Assembly: GCA_965213705.1 (NCBI GenBank)
Contig: OZ243913.1
Coordinates: 3,584,001 to 3,648,000 of the forward strand
Length of the DNA stretch: 64,000 nt
Source: Trueperaceae bacterium
GTDB taxonomy: Bacteria; Deinococcota; Deinococci; Deinococcales; Trueperaceae
Direction of reading: 5' to 3'
Part shown: positions 1 to 9,297 of the stretch, piece after piece
Layout: every line of letters begins with the position of its first letter
How positions within the stretch are numbered: the first letter of the stretch is position 1
The notes under the pieces: generated by a model
Told to the model about the DNA's origin: nothing
Seen by the model: the letters and a program-made list of their open reading frames with translations, nothing else
Databases searched by the model: none
Position numbers and translations under genes: made by a program

Positions 1-356
1 TACTTGGTGAGCAAAAACGGTGCGGTGAGCATGAGAGAGAGCATCGTGTCCCAAGTGTCCTCCGGAAACTCGGGCAGCGGGTCCAGGTGCTGAAAGCCGG
101 CATTGTTGACGAGGATGTCGAGGCCGCCGAAGGCTTCAACCGTCGCCTCGACCGCTTTTTTACACTCTTCACGTTTCGTCAGGTCGGCTTTGACGAAGTT
201 TCCGCCGATGGCAGTGGCAACCTCTTCACCTGTCTCGCTCACGTCGGCAATCACGACCCGGCAACCCTTGGCGGCCAAAGCCTCGGCGCAGGCCCGGCCG
301 ATGCCGCTCGAGCCGCCGGTCACGAGCGCGACACGTTTTTCGGTTTCGCTACTCAC
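1..356 (-). CDS. SDR family oxidoreductase, probably 3-hydroxybutyrate dehydrogenase (runs off the left edge)
   Basis: Not in the ORF track. Manual translation from GTG at 356 with GGAGG RBS gives [20 protein letters not shown]...[40 protein letters not shown]: TGxxxGIG and NNAG motifs, and the NNAGFQH..P..EFP segment typical of BDH. Confidence 0.8.
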   Translation of the reverse strand, partial: MSSETEKRVALVTGGSSGIGRACAEALAAKGCRVVIADVSETGEEVATAIGGNFVKADLTKREECKKAVEATVEAFGGLDILVNNAGFQHLDPLPEFPEDTWDTMLSLMLTAPFLLTK

Positions 357-453
357 GTCTTCCTCCTACTTCAAAAAACACGGTTTGGCGCTACTATACC
401 GAGTTGGATTACCCGAGTTGACTGTAAGCTACCCTGAACGAAACGGAGCTTTT

Positions 454-1530
454 ATGAACCCGACGCAATCTCCCGAACCTCGAGCCACGCCCGCCGAACT
501 GGGCTTCGCCTTTCCCGCCGAGTGGACGCCGCACGCGGCCACCCTGATGGGTTGGCCCTTCGACCCCGACTATTGGGAAGGCCACCTGGACGCGGCGCGC
601 GAAGACTTTACCCGGCTCGTTGCGACGATTGCGCGCTTTGAAAAAGTGCTGCTCGCCGTGGTCGACGACGAGGCCGAGGCGGACGCGAAACGCCGCCTCG
701 GGGCAACGCCGGGCGGGTTGGACAACATCGAGTTCTACCGGCTCGACCTGAACGACGTGTGGTTCCGGGACATTGCGCCGCTGTTCGTCAATAACAGTGC
801 AGGCAAGCTTGCCGCGACCGACTGGCGCTTCAACGGCTGGGGCGGCAAGTACCGCTGGCGCAAGGACGACGAAGTGCCGGAAATCGTGGCCGACCGGCTC
901 GAGATGCGCCGCTTCGAAGTGCCGATTGTGATGGAAGGCGGGGCGCTCGAGTTCAACTCGAACGGCACCCTCCTCACCACGCGGCAGTGTTTGCTGAACC
1001 CAAACCGCAACCCGAACTTGAGCGAGCAAGAGCTGGAAAACTACCTGAAAACCTACCTCGGCGCCAAACATGTTTTGTGGTTGAACGAAGGGCTCGAGGG
1101 CGACAAGACCGACGGGCACGTCGACACGATTACCCGCTTTACGAATGACGACACGATTGTCACCTCGGTCTGTGAAGACGTGACCAACACAAACCATGCG
1201 CCCATGCAAGAAAACCTCACGCTTTTGAAAGCTGCGCGGCAGCCGAACGGCGAGCCCTACAAAATTGTGGAGTTGCCGCTACCGAAAAAGCGGCTCGAGC
1301 TTGGCGGCAAACGCCTGCCGCTGACCTACGCGAACTTTTACGTCGGCAACGGTTTCGTGGTGGTGCCTGTCTACGACGACGCGAACGACGAACGGGCGCT
1401 CGACATTTTGCGCCCCCTGTTTCCAGGGCGCGAGGTCATCGGGTTGCCGTCGCTCGGGCTCATCACGGGCGGCGGCTCGTTTCACTGCGTCACCCAGCAA
1501 GTTCCCGAAGGAGACCCTTACCGTGGCTAA
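454..1530 (+). CDS. aguA: Agmatine deiminase
   Basis: FPAEWTPH, DVWFRD, FNGWGGKY, MEGGALE, DKTDGHVD and GGGSFHCVTQQ motifs. Start moved to ATG 454 after GGAG. Confidence 0.93.
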   Translation: MNPTQSPEPRATPAELGFAFPAEWTPHAATLMGWPFDPDYWEGHLDAAREDFTRLVATIARFEKVLLAVVDDEAEADAKRRLGATPGGLDNIEFYRLDLNDVWFRDIAPLFVNNSAGKLAATDWRFNGWGGKYRWRKDDEVPEIVADRLEMRRFEVPIVMEGGALEFNSNGTLLTTRQCLLNPNRNPNLSEQELENYLKTYLGAKHVLWLNEGLEGDKTDGHVDTITRFTNDDTIVTSVCEDVTNTNHAPMQENLTLLKAARQPNGEPYKIVELPLPKKRLELGGKRLPLTYANFYVGNGFVVVPVYDDANDERALDILRPLFPGREVIGLPSLGLITGGGSFHCVTQQVPEGDPYRG

Positions 1531-2443
1531 CCTACCCGAGCGCGACACCCTGCCCAAACTCGAGAACAAAAACACCGTCAAGCTCGCCGTGGTGCAGATG
1601 AGTTGTACCGACGAACTCGAGCCCAACGTCGAAAAAGCCGTCCAGAAAGTGCGCGAGGCCGCCGCGAATGGCGCGAACATCGTGCTGCTGCAAGAGCTGT
1701 TCGAAAACCTGTACTTTCCGCAGCTCGAGATAGACCCTTACTTTTCGTTGGCCCACCCGGTCGAAGGACATCCGTTTTTGGGCAGGTTTCAAGACCTCGC
1801 GCGTGAACTCAATATCGTGTTGCCCATCTCGTTTTTCGAACACGCCGGCCAAGCCTACTTCAACAGCCTCATGATGATAGACGCGGACGGCGCGCCCTTG
1901 GGCGTGTACCGCAAAAGCCACATTCCCGACGGACCCGGCTACGAAGAGAAATTTTACTTCAACCCCGGCGACACGGGTTTCAAGACTTGGCGGACGAAGT
2001 TTGGCAACATCGGCGTGGGCGTGTGTTGGGACCAGTGGTTTCCGGAGTGCGCGCGGGCGATGGCGCTGCAAGGGGCCGACTTGCTGCTCTACCCCACCGC
2101 CATCGGCTCGGAACCGTTCGACTCGAGCGTGGCCGACGTCGACACCAAAGACATGTGGCAGCGCGCCATGCTCGGGCACGCAGTCTCGAACCTGTGCTAC
2201 TTGGCCGCCGCCAACCGCGTCGGCACCGAGGCCGACACCGTCTTTTACGGCAGCTCGTTCATCAGCGACTACAAAGGCGAAAAGCTCACCGAGGCCGACC
2301 GAGAGAGCGAGACGATTCTCTACGCCGACTTAGACTTCGCTAAGGCCAAAAGTTTCCGGGCGGGCTGGGGTTTTTTCAGGGACCGCAGGCCCGAGCTGTA
2401 CGACGTGTTGCTGACGCTGGACGGGCAGGTTAAGACAGGCTAG
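1523..2443 (+). CDS. aguB: N-carbamoylputrescine amidase (carbon-nitrogen hydrolase)
   Basis: LQELF, YRKSHIPDGPGYEEKFYFNPGDTG and VCWDQWFPE catalytic motifs; overlaps aguA. Confidence 0.92.
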   Translation: MANLPERDTLPKLENKNTVKLAVVQMSCTDELEPNVEKAVQKVREAAANGANIVLLQELFENLYFPQLEIDPYFSLAHPVEGHPFLGRFQDLARELNIVLPISFFEHAGQAYFNSLMMIDADGAPLGVYRKSHIPDGPGYEEKFYFNPGDTGFKTWRTKFGNIGVGVCWDQWFPECARAMALQGADLLLYPTAIGSEPFDSSVADVDTKDMWQRAMLGHAVSNLCYLAAANRVGTEADTVFYGSSFISDYKGEKLTEADRESETILYADLDFAKAKSFRAGWGFFRDRRPELYDVLLTLDGQVKTG

Positions 2444-3168
2444 CGGCTTGAAGGTGCCTCGGATAAGGTAAAATGCGCACCCTCAACCTCGGAGGAGCGA
2501 ATCTCTTGTGACCTCTCGAGCATCCGCTTGTCTGCAGAGTAGGCTCTGACGCTGACCCAATACTCCACATTTGGAACAAGCTCGACATCAGCCTCAAACG
2601 TATACGTTGTTGCCGTCGTAGCAAACACGCTGCCACCCTCACCGACGCGCCACAGCACAGCTTCGTAAAGTTCGGCTTCCGGCACTGAGTTCCAAACAAT
2701 GCTGACGGCTGCCGTCGTAGCGCTTTGCACGGTCAAGCCAGTTACAAAGTCCAAGTATTTGCTTCCATCAATCGTAACGGTTTCCGTGTAAGTCCGGCCT
2801 AAAAGCTCGAGGGTGGCGGTGTATTGCCCGGAGGCGACGCCACCACCAGTACTGGCGCTCGCTCCCTCTGCGTAAAGTGGCGTGTTTTCTGGCGTAAAAG
2901 TTACCCTATCCGTTTCGAGCACCTGTTTATTGGGGGCAATCAAGCTAAGAGAACCGTCAGCAGGCTGCTGTAAACCCGTTACCTCGCCTTCAACTTTGTA
3001 CCAGTAGCCCTGCAACACACCCAGCTCATCGCTCGATTGATAAGTGCCAAAGCCCGTAGCAAAGTTGACGTTGAAAGTGGAAGGGTCACTACAGGCCGCC
3101 AACACCAAAAACAAAGCTCCTATGAAAATGCACTTTACAACGCTGGCGGCACGGCTCGGCAAGTTCAT
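2440..3168 (-). CDS. Hypothetical lipoprotein with Ig/FN3-like beta-sandwich domains
   Basis: ATG 3168 after AGGAGG; lipobox LAAC; C-terminal VTGLTV..AVSIVWNSVPEAELYE...YWVSVRAY resembles fibronectin type III. Confidence 0.6.
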   Translation of the reverse strand: MNLPSRAASVVKCIFIGALFLVLAACSDPSTFNVNFATGFGTYQSSDELGVLQGYWYKVEGEVTGLQQPADGSLSLIAPNKQVLETDRVTFTPENTPLYAEGASASTGGGVASGQYTATLELLGRTYTETVTIDGSKYLDFVTGLTVQSATTAAVSIVWNSVPEAELYEAVLWRVGEGGSVFATTATTYTFEADVELVPNVEYWVSVRAYSADKRMLERSQEIRSSEVEGAHFTLSEAPSSR

Positions 3169-3262
3169 AAACTCCTCCTGGACTGTCTGGTTTCCAGAAA
3201 GCATATCACCGTAGATTGGAGCACTACTAGGTGCTATTCCTTCAAAACCTCGAGCCCGAACC

Positions 3263-5941
3263 TTAAAACACCGGCCCCACCCGGAAACTGAACACGCCGC
3301 CCGGATGGCGTTCGCTGAAACCGTAGTCGAAGCGTAACGGGAAAAAGCCGAGGGCCGTAAAGCCCAGGTTAATCTGAACGCCGACGCCCGCGCCTGCAAA
3401 GACGGGCGCGCTGTAGTCGTTGAAGCCGGGTACCGAAGACGCGTAGCCGACGTCCACAAACACGATGCCGATAAGGGTCTGGGTAGCGACCGTGCTCAGC
3501 CCGAAGTCATAGCGGTATTCCACGCTGCCGACGGCGTAGGCTTGCGCGGGGTTGAAATCCTCTTTGCCGTAGCCCCGAATGAGCGTACCCTCGCTCAGGG
3601 TTTGACCGACCCGGAAATACTTGTCGACCGGATAGTCGCCGCCGAACTGGTAACCCACATTGAGCTTGGCGGCGAACACGTGGTTGGTGTCGGTGACGGC
3701 CGGAACCAGGTCGGACAGGGCGAGGTAGCTTTTCACGCCGAACTCCAAAGGAAAGTAGGTGTAGCCCTGCTGTTGGTTCGTGTCGGGGTTGCGGTAGTCG
3801 TTGCCGAACCCTATGCCGACGCTCCCGCTGGCCGCCACGCCGCGCCTGGGAAAGTCAAAGTTGTCGCGGTTGTCGAACACGATGGTCGCGTCCACCGCGG
3901 CCGACAAACCGCTTTGCGGCAGATTTATCCGGGCTTGGTCGACGGGCAAGGTGCAGCTAGGGGGCAGCTCACCCTCCTCGGTCAGGGTGCAGTCCCCGGC
4001 CGGCTCGAGCAAGTACGCCGAATAAGTCCCGCGCGCCGCGACGCGCAACGTGGTGTCGGGGAATATCCGCCGCCCGACACCGAAGCCCAAACCGCTGTCG
4101 CGCCGCGTGTACTCGCCGACAAACACCCGCTCGCTCGGGTCGCAACTGTTGTCCGCGCGCTGGACCGGGTCCAGACACACTTGTATCTGGCCGTCCGCGG
4201 TGAGCGACTTGTTCGTCTCGACGGTGCTGAACAGCGAGCCCGACAAGGACGTGGGCACTTCTTTGAAGTCCAACAGGTCGATGTAAAGCCAGGGAACCGA
4301 GTAACTCACGCTGGCCCCGACCTGAAAGCCCACGTCCGAGGTTTGCGCGGTCGCTTCGGCGTTGAAGGTGTGGGCGCGGCCTAAAAAGTTGGTGTCGCCG
4401 AAACTCACCGCGGCCGAAAAGCCCTTCAAGGTGTCGTACTGCAACCCCGGCTGAAAGTTGCCGGTACGCAGTTCGCGTACAACGACGTTGACGATGACCT
4501 CGTCGGGTTGGTCGGCGGGCTCGAGCGGCCGGCCCAGGGGTTGTAGGGCGCCGGCGCGCGCCACGTTGCGCAGACCGTTGTCGATGTCGTTGAAGTTCAC
4601 GACGCTGCCTATGACGGGTAAGTTGCGCGTGACGACGAAGTCCTTAGTGCGGTGACTTTCGTTTTCGAACGTCACTTTGTACCCGGCTATCTTGAGTTCG
4701 GTCACGCGCTGGACGTAAACCCCGTCGAGGTAGTTGAAGTTCGGATTCGTCGCGACGGCGTAACCCCGGTCGACGTACAGCTGCACGATGTTGGCGAAGT
4801 CCTCTGCAGCCAGCGTCGAGGTGAAGGTGTCCCCTTCTCGAAGCTTTAAAACCTCCAGCAAGTCCTCGGTCGGCACGACGGTGTTTCCCTCAATTTGCAC
4901 CGCGTCGACGGGTCCGGCGGTCTCGGGCGGGCCGGTGCGGAAGGTGATGCGCACGTCGCCCGAACTCAAAATGAGCGGCGGCTGTTGAATAGCGATGTCG
5001 GTGGTGCGGCCCTGCGCCAAACGGCGGACGTCTTCGAGAAGCGTGTCGTAGTTGTAAAGGTCGCCGGCCTGAAGCGTAAACTGCCCTGGGTCGACCCCGA
5101 TGGCGGTCGTGTCGTAGCTGCCGACACGCAGTTCGCGAACATCCACGCTCAAGGTGCCGTCGTTCAGCCGGGTCGCGTCCGTGTTCACCCGGCTGTCCCG
5201 GTAACCCAAGTCGTTGTAGCGTTGGTCGACCTCTTGGACGGCTGTCAAATAACTTTGGATGTTGAAAACCCTGGCCCGCTCGAGCGGTCTGAAAATTCCC
5301 TCCAGCGTGTCTTCGTCCAGCACGGTGTTGCCCGTAAACACGACGTCCGTGAGCGGCGCGTCTTCGGTGACGGTGTAGGTTATTTTGACCGGCGGCTCTT
5401 CGCCCGCCGCCCGCGCCTCGGGCGTGGCGGCGTCCGGCAGCGGCGCAACGTCCAGCGTGACCGGCACGTCGAAAGGAAACCCGTTCTGCCGGTAGACGCG
5501 CTGCAGGGTCGCCACGGCGTCTTGCGCCTGGTCGGTGTTGAACAAGTTGCCGGGCGTAAGGAGGTGGGCCTCGGTGATAATCTGCTTGAGCCGCTCGGGG
5601 TCGGCGATGTTGACGCCCTCTAACTCGACCTCGCCGATGCGCGGGTTCTCGACCACGGTGACGAACAGGATGGGGCCGCTGCCCCGGTCTTCCAAACTCA
5701 CCGTCACGGACGCGTAACTGCCTATCGAATAGACCAAGTTGCGCTCCGTTTCTAGGTTGATTTGTTCGGCCGGGACGCCGGGCCGGGCGACCAAAAAGGT
5801 GCGAATCAAGTCCTGGTTGCTGGTCGCCCCGACGATGCGAATTTCTTGCAAAGGCCCCGAAACGGTCGGTGCCTGGGCGAAAACGGCGGACACAAAAAGG
5901 GGACAAAACAGCCAAAGAAGTAAAAATCGTCTTGAAAACAT
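3263..5941 (-). CDS. bamA: Outer membrane protein assembly factor BamA/Omp85 (POTRA repeats plus barrel)
   Basis: Signal peptide, repeated POTRA signatures (FTGNTVL, IEGNTVV), IRGY motif, C-terminal FSFRVGPVF. Confidence 0.85.
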   Translation of the reverse strand: MFSRRFLLLWLFCPLFVSAVFAQAPTVSGPLQEIRIVGATSNQDLIRTFLVARPGVPAEQINLETERNLVYSIGSYASVTVSLEDRGSGPILFVTVVENPRIGEVELEGVNIADPERLKQIITEAHLLTPGNLFNTDQAQDAVATLQRVYRQNGFPFDVPVTLDVAPLPDAATPEARAAGEEPPVKITYTVTEDAPLTDVVFTGNTVLDEDTLEGIFRPLERARVFNIQSYLTAVQEVDQRYNDLGYRDSRVNTDATRLNDGTLSVDVRELRVGSYDTTAIGVDPGQFTLQAGDLYNYDTLLEDVRRLAQGRTTDIAIQQPPLILSSGDVRITFRTGPPETAGPVDAVQIEGNTVVPTEDLLEVLKLREGDTFTSTLAAEDFANIVQLYVDRGYAVATNPNFNYLDGVYVQRVTELKIAGYKVTFENESHRTKDFVVTRNLPVIGSVVNFNDIDNGLRNVARAGALQPLGRPLEPADQPDEVIVNVVVRELRTGNFQPGLQYDTLKGFSAAVSFGDTNFLGRAHTFNAEATAQTSDVGFQVGASVSYSVPWLYIDLLDFKEVPTSLSGSLFSTVETNKSLTADGQIQVCLDPVQRADNSCDPSERVFVGEYTRRDSGLGFGVGRRIFPDTTLRVAARGTYSAYLLEPAGDCTLTEEGELPPSCTLPVDQARINLPQSGLSAAVDATIVFDNRDNFDFPRRGVAASGSVGIGFGNDYRNPDTNQQQGYTYFPLEFGVKSYLALSDLVPAVTDTNHVFAAKLNVGYQFGGDYPVDKYFRVGQTLSEGTLIRGYGKEDFNPAQAYAVGSVEYRYDFGLSTVATQTLIGIVFVDVGYASSVPGFNDYSAPVFAGAGVGVQINLGFTALGFFPLRFDYGFSERHPGGVFSFRVGPVF

Positions 5942-6251
5942 AGGGCAGTTTACCTAACGCGAGGTGAGAACGGGCGAAGAGAAAGCTCGAGCAACATGAA
6001 GGAGCGTTTAGACTTTTGTCACCCCGCGCGTCACGCCCCTCGGCTGGGCGCAGTACGCACCGAGTCGAAAACAAGGGCGCTTTTACTCGGCTTTAGTCTT
6101 TAACTTTCTGTAATACGGGTTCCGGTTACTACAGCTCCCCTTGGAGAGTTGTTCACTTCCTTGTCGCCGGTCCGTATTTTTTCTCGCTCTGCTCGTGTTT
6201 AATTCCCTCGGAATGAAACGGAAGGGGTATAAGCCCTGTTATCATGGCGTC

Positions 6252-7079
6252 ATGACTACCGTCTCCCCCGCTTCCGCAGGCCTCGAAAAAGCGCTCGACG
6301 TTTTAAAACAAGCAACGCCTTTTCGTCCCGAGGTCGCCGTTATTTTGGGCTCGGGCTTGGGGCCGTTGGCCGACGAAATAGAGCAAGTAGCGTCTCTGTC
6401 TTTCAAAGACATTCCCGGCTTTACAGCCAGCAGCGCGCCCGGTCACGCCGGCCGGATGGTGTTCGGGACGCTCGCAGGCAAAAACGTCGTCGCCCTGCAA
6501 GGGCGCGTGCACTACTACGAGGGTGTCAGCGCGGCCCAAAACGTTTTTCCGGTACAGACTATGCACGCCCTCGGCGCGCAGAGTTTGCTGGTGAGCAACG
6601 CCTGCGGCGGGCTCAACCCGGCCTGGCAAGCGGGCGACGTTATGCTGCAGCTCGACTTTATAAACTTTACGGGCGACAACCCGCTTATCGGCGAGAACGA
6701 CCCCGCGGGCGAGCGCTTTCCGGTCATGTTCGACTGTTACGACCCAGGCTACCAAGAAGGGGCTCGAGCGGTCGCCAGGGCCCTGGACATCCCCCTAAAA
6801 GAGGGCGTCTACTTAGCCATCAGCGGCCCGAGCTACGCCACGCGCGCCGAGCTGCGCATGTTCCGCGCCTGGGGCGCGGACGCTATCGGCATGTCGACCG
6901 TGTTCGAGGTCATCAAGGCGCGGCACTTAGGGATGCGCGTGTTGGGCTTGTCGGTCGTGACCGACATGGCGATAGCCGACCGCAACGAGCACGCCACAGG
7001 CGACGAGGTCGTAAAAATGGCCGAAAAGTCCGGCGCGACTTTTCGGAAACTCGTCAAGGGCGTCCTGGAAAATATTTGA
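6252..7079 (+). CDS. punA: Purine-nucleoside phosphorylase (PNP I type)
   Basis: ILGSGLG, QGRVHYYEG, NACGGLN, GPSYAT.AE and DAIGMSTV motifs. Confidence 0.9.
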   Translation: MTTVSPASAGLEKALDVLKQATPFRPEVAVILGSGLGPLADEIEQVASLSFKDIPGFTASSAPGHAGRMVFGTLAGKNVVALQGRVHYYEGVSAAQNVFPVQTMHALGAQSLLVSNACGGLNPAWQAGDVMLQLDFINFTGDNPLIGENDPAGERFPVMFDCYDPGYQEGARAVARALDIPLKEGVYLAISGPSYATRAELRMFRAWGADAIGMSTVFEVIKARHLGMRVLGLSVVTDMAIADRNEHATGDEVVKMAEKSGATFRKLVKGVLENI

Positions 7080-7089
7080 AGGTGTCTCG

Positions 7090-7527
7090 GTGAGCGAAAA
7101 GTTCAAAGTTTGCGTCAACGTACACGTTTTTTTCTTTAAAGAAAACGAGGTTTTGCTGCTGCGCCGCGCCAACACCGGTTACGAAGACGGCAACTACAGT
7201 GTGGTGGCGGGGCGCTTAGACGGCGACGAAACCGTTTGGGAAGCCGCCGCCCGCGAAGCGCTCGAGGAAGCCGGAGTCACGCCGACCAACCTACGCATCG
7301 CCAGCGTCATGCACCGTAAGGCGAACGACGAACGCATCGACTTTCTCGCAACGGCGACCTCGTGGTCGGGCGAAATCGTCAACGCAGAGCCCGACAAGTG
7401 CGACGACTTGAGCTGGTTTCCTCTCGCGGAGCTGCTAAACAACACCATTCCTTACGTTAAACAAGCGCTTCAAAATGTCCTGACAGAATGCCCCTTCGAC
7501 AGTTGCGGCTGGGACACTTGTGTTTGA
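7090..7527 (+). CDS. NUDIX hydrolase
   Basis: Nudix box GRLDGDETVWEAAAREALEEAG; EPDKCDDL.WF. Confidence 0.88.
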   Translation: MSEKFKVCVNVHVFFFKENEVLLLRRANTGYEDGNYSVVAGRLDGDETVWEAAAREALEEAGVTPTNLRIASVMHRKANDERIDFLATATSWSGEIVNAEPDKCDDLSWFPLAELLNNTIPYVKQALQNVLTECPFDSCGWDTCV

Positions 7528-8155
7528 GGAAGTTCAGGAGCGCATCGAAAGGGCCTGCGCTCGAGCCGGGCGCGACCCTGCCGAGGTTAAACTCGTCGCC
7601 GTCACCAAAGGGCACACGCCCGAGGAAATCCGTGAACACGTGCTGCGCCACGGCCACCGGGTGTTGGGCGAAAACCGCGTGCAGGAGTGGCAGGACAAGG
7701 CGGACGCGTTGGAAAACGCCGAGTGGCACTTTATCGGCAACTTGCAGCGTAACAAGGTCAAGTACTGCGAGGGCTTCGCCCTGATTCATTCGCTCAACTC
7801 ACAGCGCCTCGCCGACGAGTTACAAAAGCAAGGTAAAAAGCTCGAGCACACGTTTCGCGCGCTCGTCGAGGTCAACGTCGCGGGCGAGGAGAGCAAACAA
7901 GGTATCGAAGTAGCAGCGGCCGAAGACCTCGTTCACTACGCCTCTTCCCTCAGCTTTGTAAAGGTCGAAGGGCTCATGACCATCGCGCCTTACGGCGACC
8001 CGCCCGAGCAAACTCGGAAATATTTTATAAAGCTTCGTGAGTTGCGTGATAAACTGGGTCTCACGGCGTTGTCGATGGGCATGAGCGGCGACTTCGAAGT
8101 CGCCGTCGAAGAAGGCGCGACGCTCCTCCGCATCGGCTCGGCACTGTTTACATGA
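7520..8155 (+). CDS. yggS: YggS family PLP-binding protein
   Basis: LVAVTK, GENRVQE, WHFIGNLQRNK and LSMGMSGDFEVAVEEGAT.LRIGS motifs. Confidence 0.93.
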   Translation: MFEEVQERIERACARAGRDPAEVKLVAVTKGHTPEEIREHVLRHGHRVLGENRVQEWQDKADALENAEWHFIGNLQRNKVKYCEGFALIHSLNSQRLADELQKQGKKLEHTFRALVEVNVAGEESKQGIEVAAAEDLVHYASSLSFVKVEGLMTIAPYGDPPEQTRKYFIKLRELRDKLGLTALSMGMSGDFEVAVEEGATLLRIGSALFT

Positions 8156-8217
8156 CTCGGTTTACATGACTCGGCTTACATAATTCGGTTCAGATGATTC
8201 GGCTTACGTGACGGGAT
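8148..8217. repeat. Degenerate 14-bp tandem repeat, 5 units, between yggS and divIVA
   Basis: TTACATGACTCGGT / TTACATGACTCGGC / TTACATAATTCGGT / TCAGATGATTCGGC / TTACGTGACGGGAT. Confidence 0.8.
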
Positions 8218-8277
8218 TCGCAGACTGACGCTCCGAAGCACTTCCTCAGCACCTCAACAAGAAACGCGAGGCCAGGC

Positions 8278-8769
8278 ATGAAATTCAGTCCGCTCGACAT
8301 CCAGCACATGGAATTCGGCAACGCCCTGAACGGGTACACCAAAAATCAGGTGCGAGATTTTTTGGAAAAGTTAGCCGAACAGACCGAGGACCTGCTCCGC
8401 GAGCAGCAACGCCTGCACGACGAACTTTCCAAGCGCGAACGCCGCATCGAAGAGTTGCAGAGCGCCGAACTGGAACTCAAGCGCGCGGTCATCGCCGCCG
8501 AGCGAATAGGCAACGAGATGAAGCAAAACGCCAAACGTGAAGCGCAACTTCTCCTCAAGGACGCCGAAAACAGCCGCGACGACATGGTGCGCGAGGCCCA
8601 AGCGCGCGTCAAGGAACTGAACAACGACTTAAACCGCTTGGAAAGGGAGCGCGACTTGTTCCGCGAGCAGTTCCGCGGCATGTTGCAAGCGTTCGAGCGC
8701 AGCCTCGACATCGCCCCCAAACCGGCTCGCAGCGACCGCCCCCAACGCCCCCAGGTAGAAACGACGTAA
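8278..8769 (+). CDS. divIVA: DivIVA domain protein
   Basis: N-terminal SPLDIQHMEF..ALNGY...QVRDFL followed by coiled coil; downstream of yggS. Confidence 0.88.
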   Translation: MKFSPLDIQHMEFGNALNGYTKNQVRDFLEKLAEQTEDLLREQQRLHDELSKRERRIEELQSAELELKRAVIAAERIGNEMKQNAKREAQLLLKDAENSRDDMVREAQARVKELNNDLNRLERERDLFREQFRGMLQAFERSLDIAPKPARSDRPQRPQVETT

Positions 8770-8813
8770 AGGGAAAAAGTACCGAGTACCGAGTGCAAAG
8801 AGGTTTTGATTGG

Positions 8814-8856
8814 TCCTCCCCTTTTAGGGAAGGTGGCCCTGTGGGCCGGAGGGGTC
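8814..8856. repeat. REP-like palindromic element overlapping the sufU stop
   Basis: CCTCCCCTTTTAGGGAAGG-TGGCCCTGTGGGCCGGAGGGGTC: nested hairpins resembling the widespread CCTCCCCnnnnGGGGAGG.GGCCnnnGGCCGGAGGGG repeat. Confidence 0.5.
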
Positions 8857-9273
8857 GGCTCGAGCCAGCGCCTCTTCCAGCGTCGCCCAGGGCAGCGCCG
8901 CGCACTTTACGCGGGCGTGCAGTTTGGAAATCCCCTGCAGCGTTTTGAGGTCGCCGAGCGTGTCGGCCACGCCGTCGCCGTGCAGCATCGCTTTGAAGTC
9001 CTGCGACAAGGCAAACGCTTCCGTGACCGTTTTACCCTTGACCGCTTCGGTCATCATCGAGGTGCTCGCCTGGCTGATGGCGCAACCCTCGCCGACAAAT
9101 TTGACGTCCGCGACGACGCCGTCTTTAAGCACCAAGAACAGCTCCAACTCGTCCCCGCAAGACGGGTTGACGCCGGCGCGCGACACGGTCGCTCCGGCAA
9201 GCTGACCTCGGTTGCGCGGGCGTTTGTAGTGCTCGAGAATGATTTCTTTGTAGAGGTTGTCCAGAAAAGACAT
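8824..9273 (-). CDS. sufU: SUF system Fe-S cluster assembly protein SufU (NifU-like)
   Basis: LYKEIILEHYKRPRNRG, NPSCGD, GCAISQASTS and RVKCA cysteine motifs. Confidence 0.92.
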   Translation of the reverse strand: MSFLDNLYKEIILEHYKRPRNRGQLAGATVSRAGVNPSCGDELELFLVLKDGVVADVKFVGEGCAISQASTSMMTEAVKGKTVTEAFALSQDFKAMLHGDGVADTLGDLKTLQGISKLHARVKCAALPWATLEEALARADPSGPQGHLP

Positions 9274-9297
9274 GACAACAGCTTAAACGAACACCGC

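Noticed and set aside
3542..6074. Long overlapping alternative ORFs (e.g. 4890..6074, 3542..4384), and similar ones opposite tyrS, moaA and polA
   Set aside because: These are shadow ORFs typical of high-GC DNA: Arg/Gly/Pro-rich or antisense to well-supported genes.
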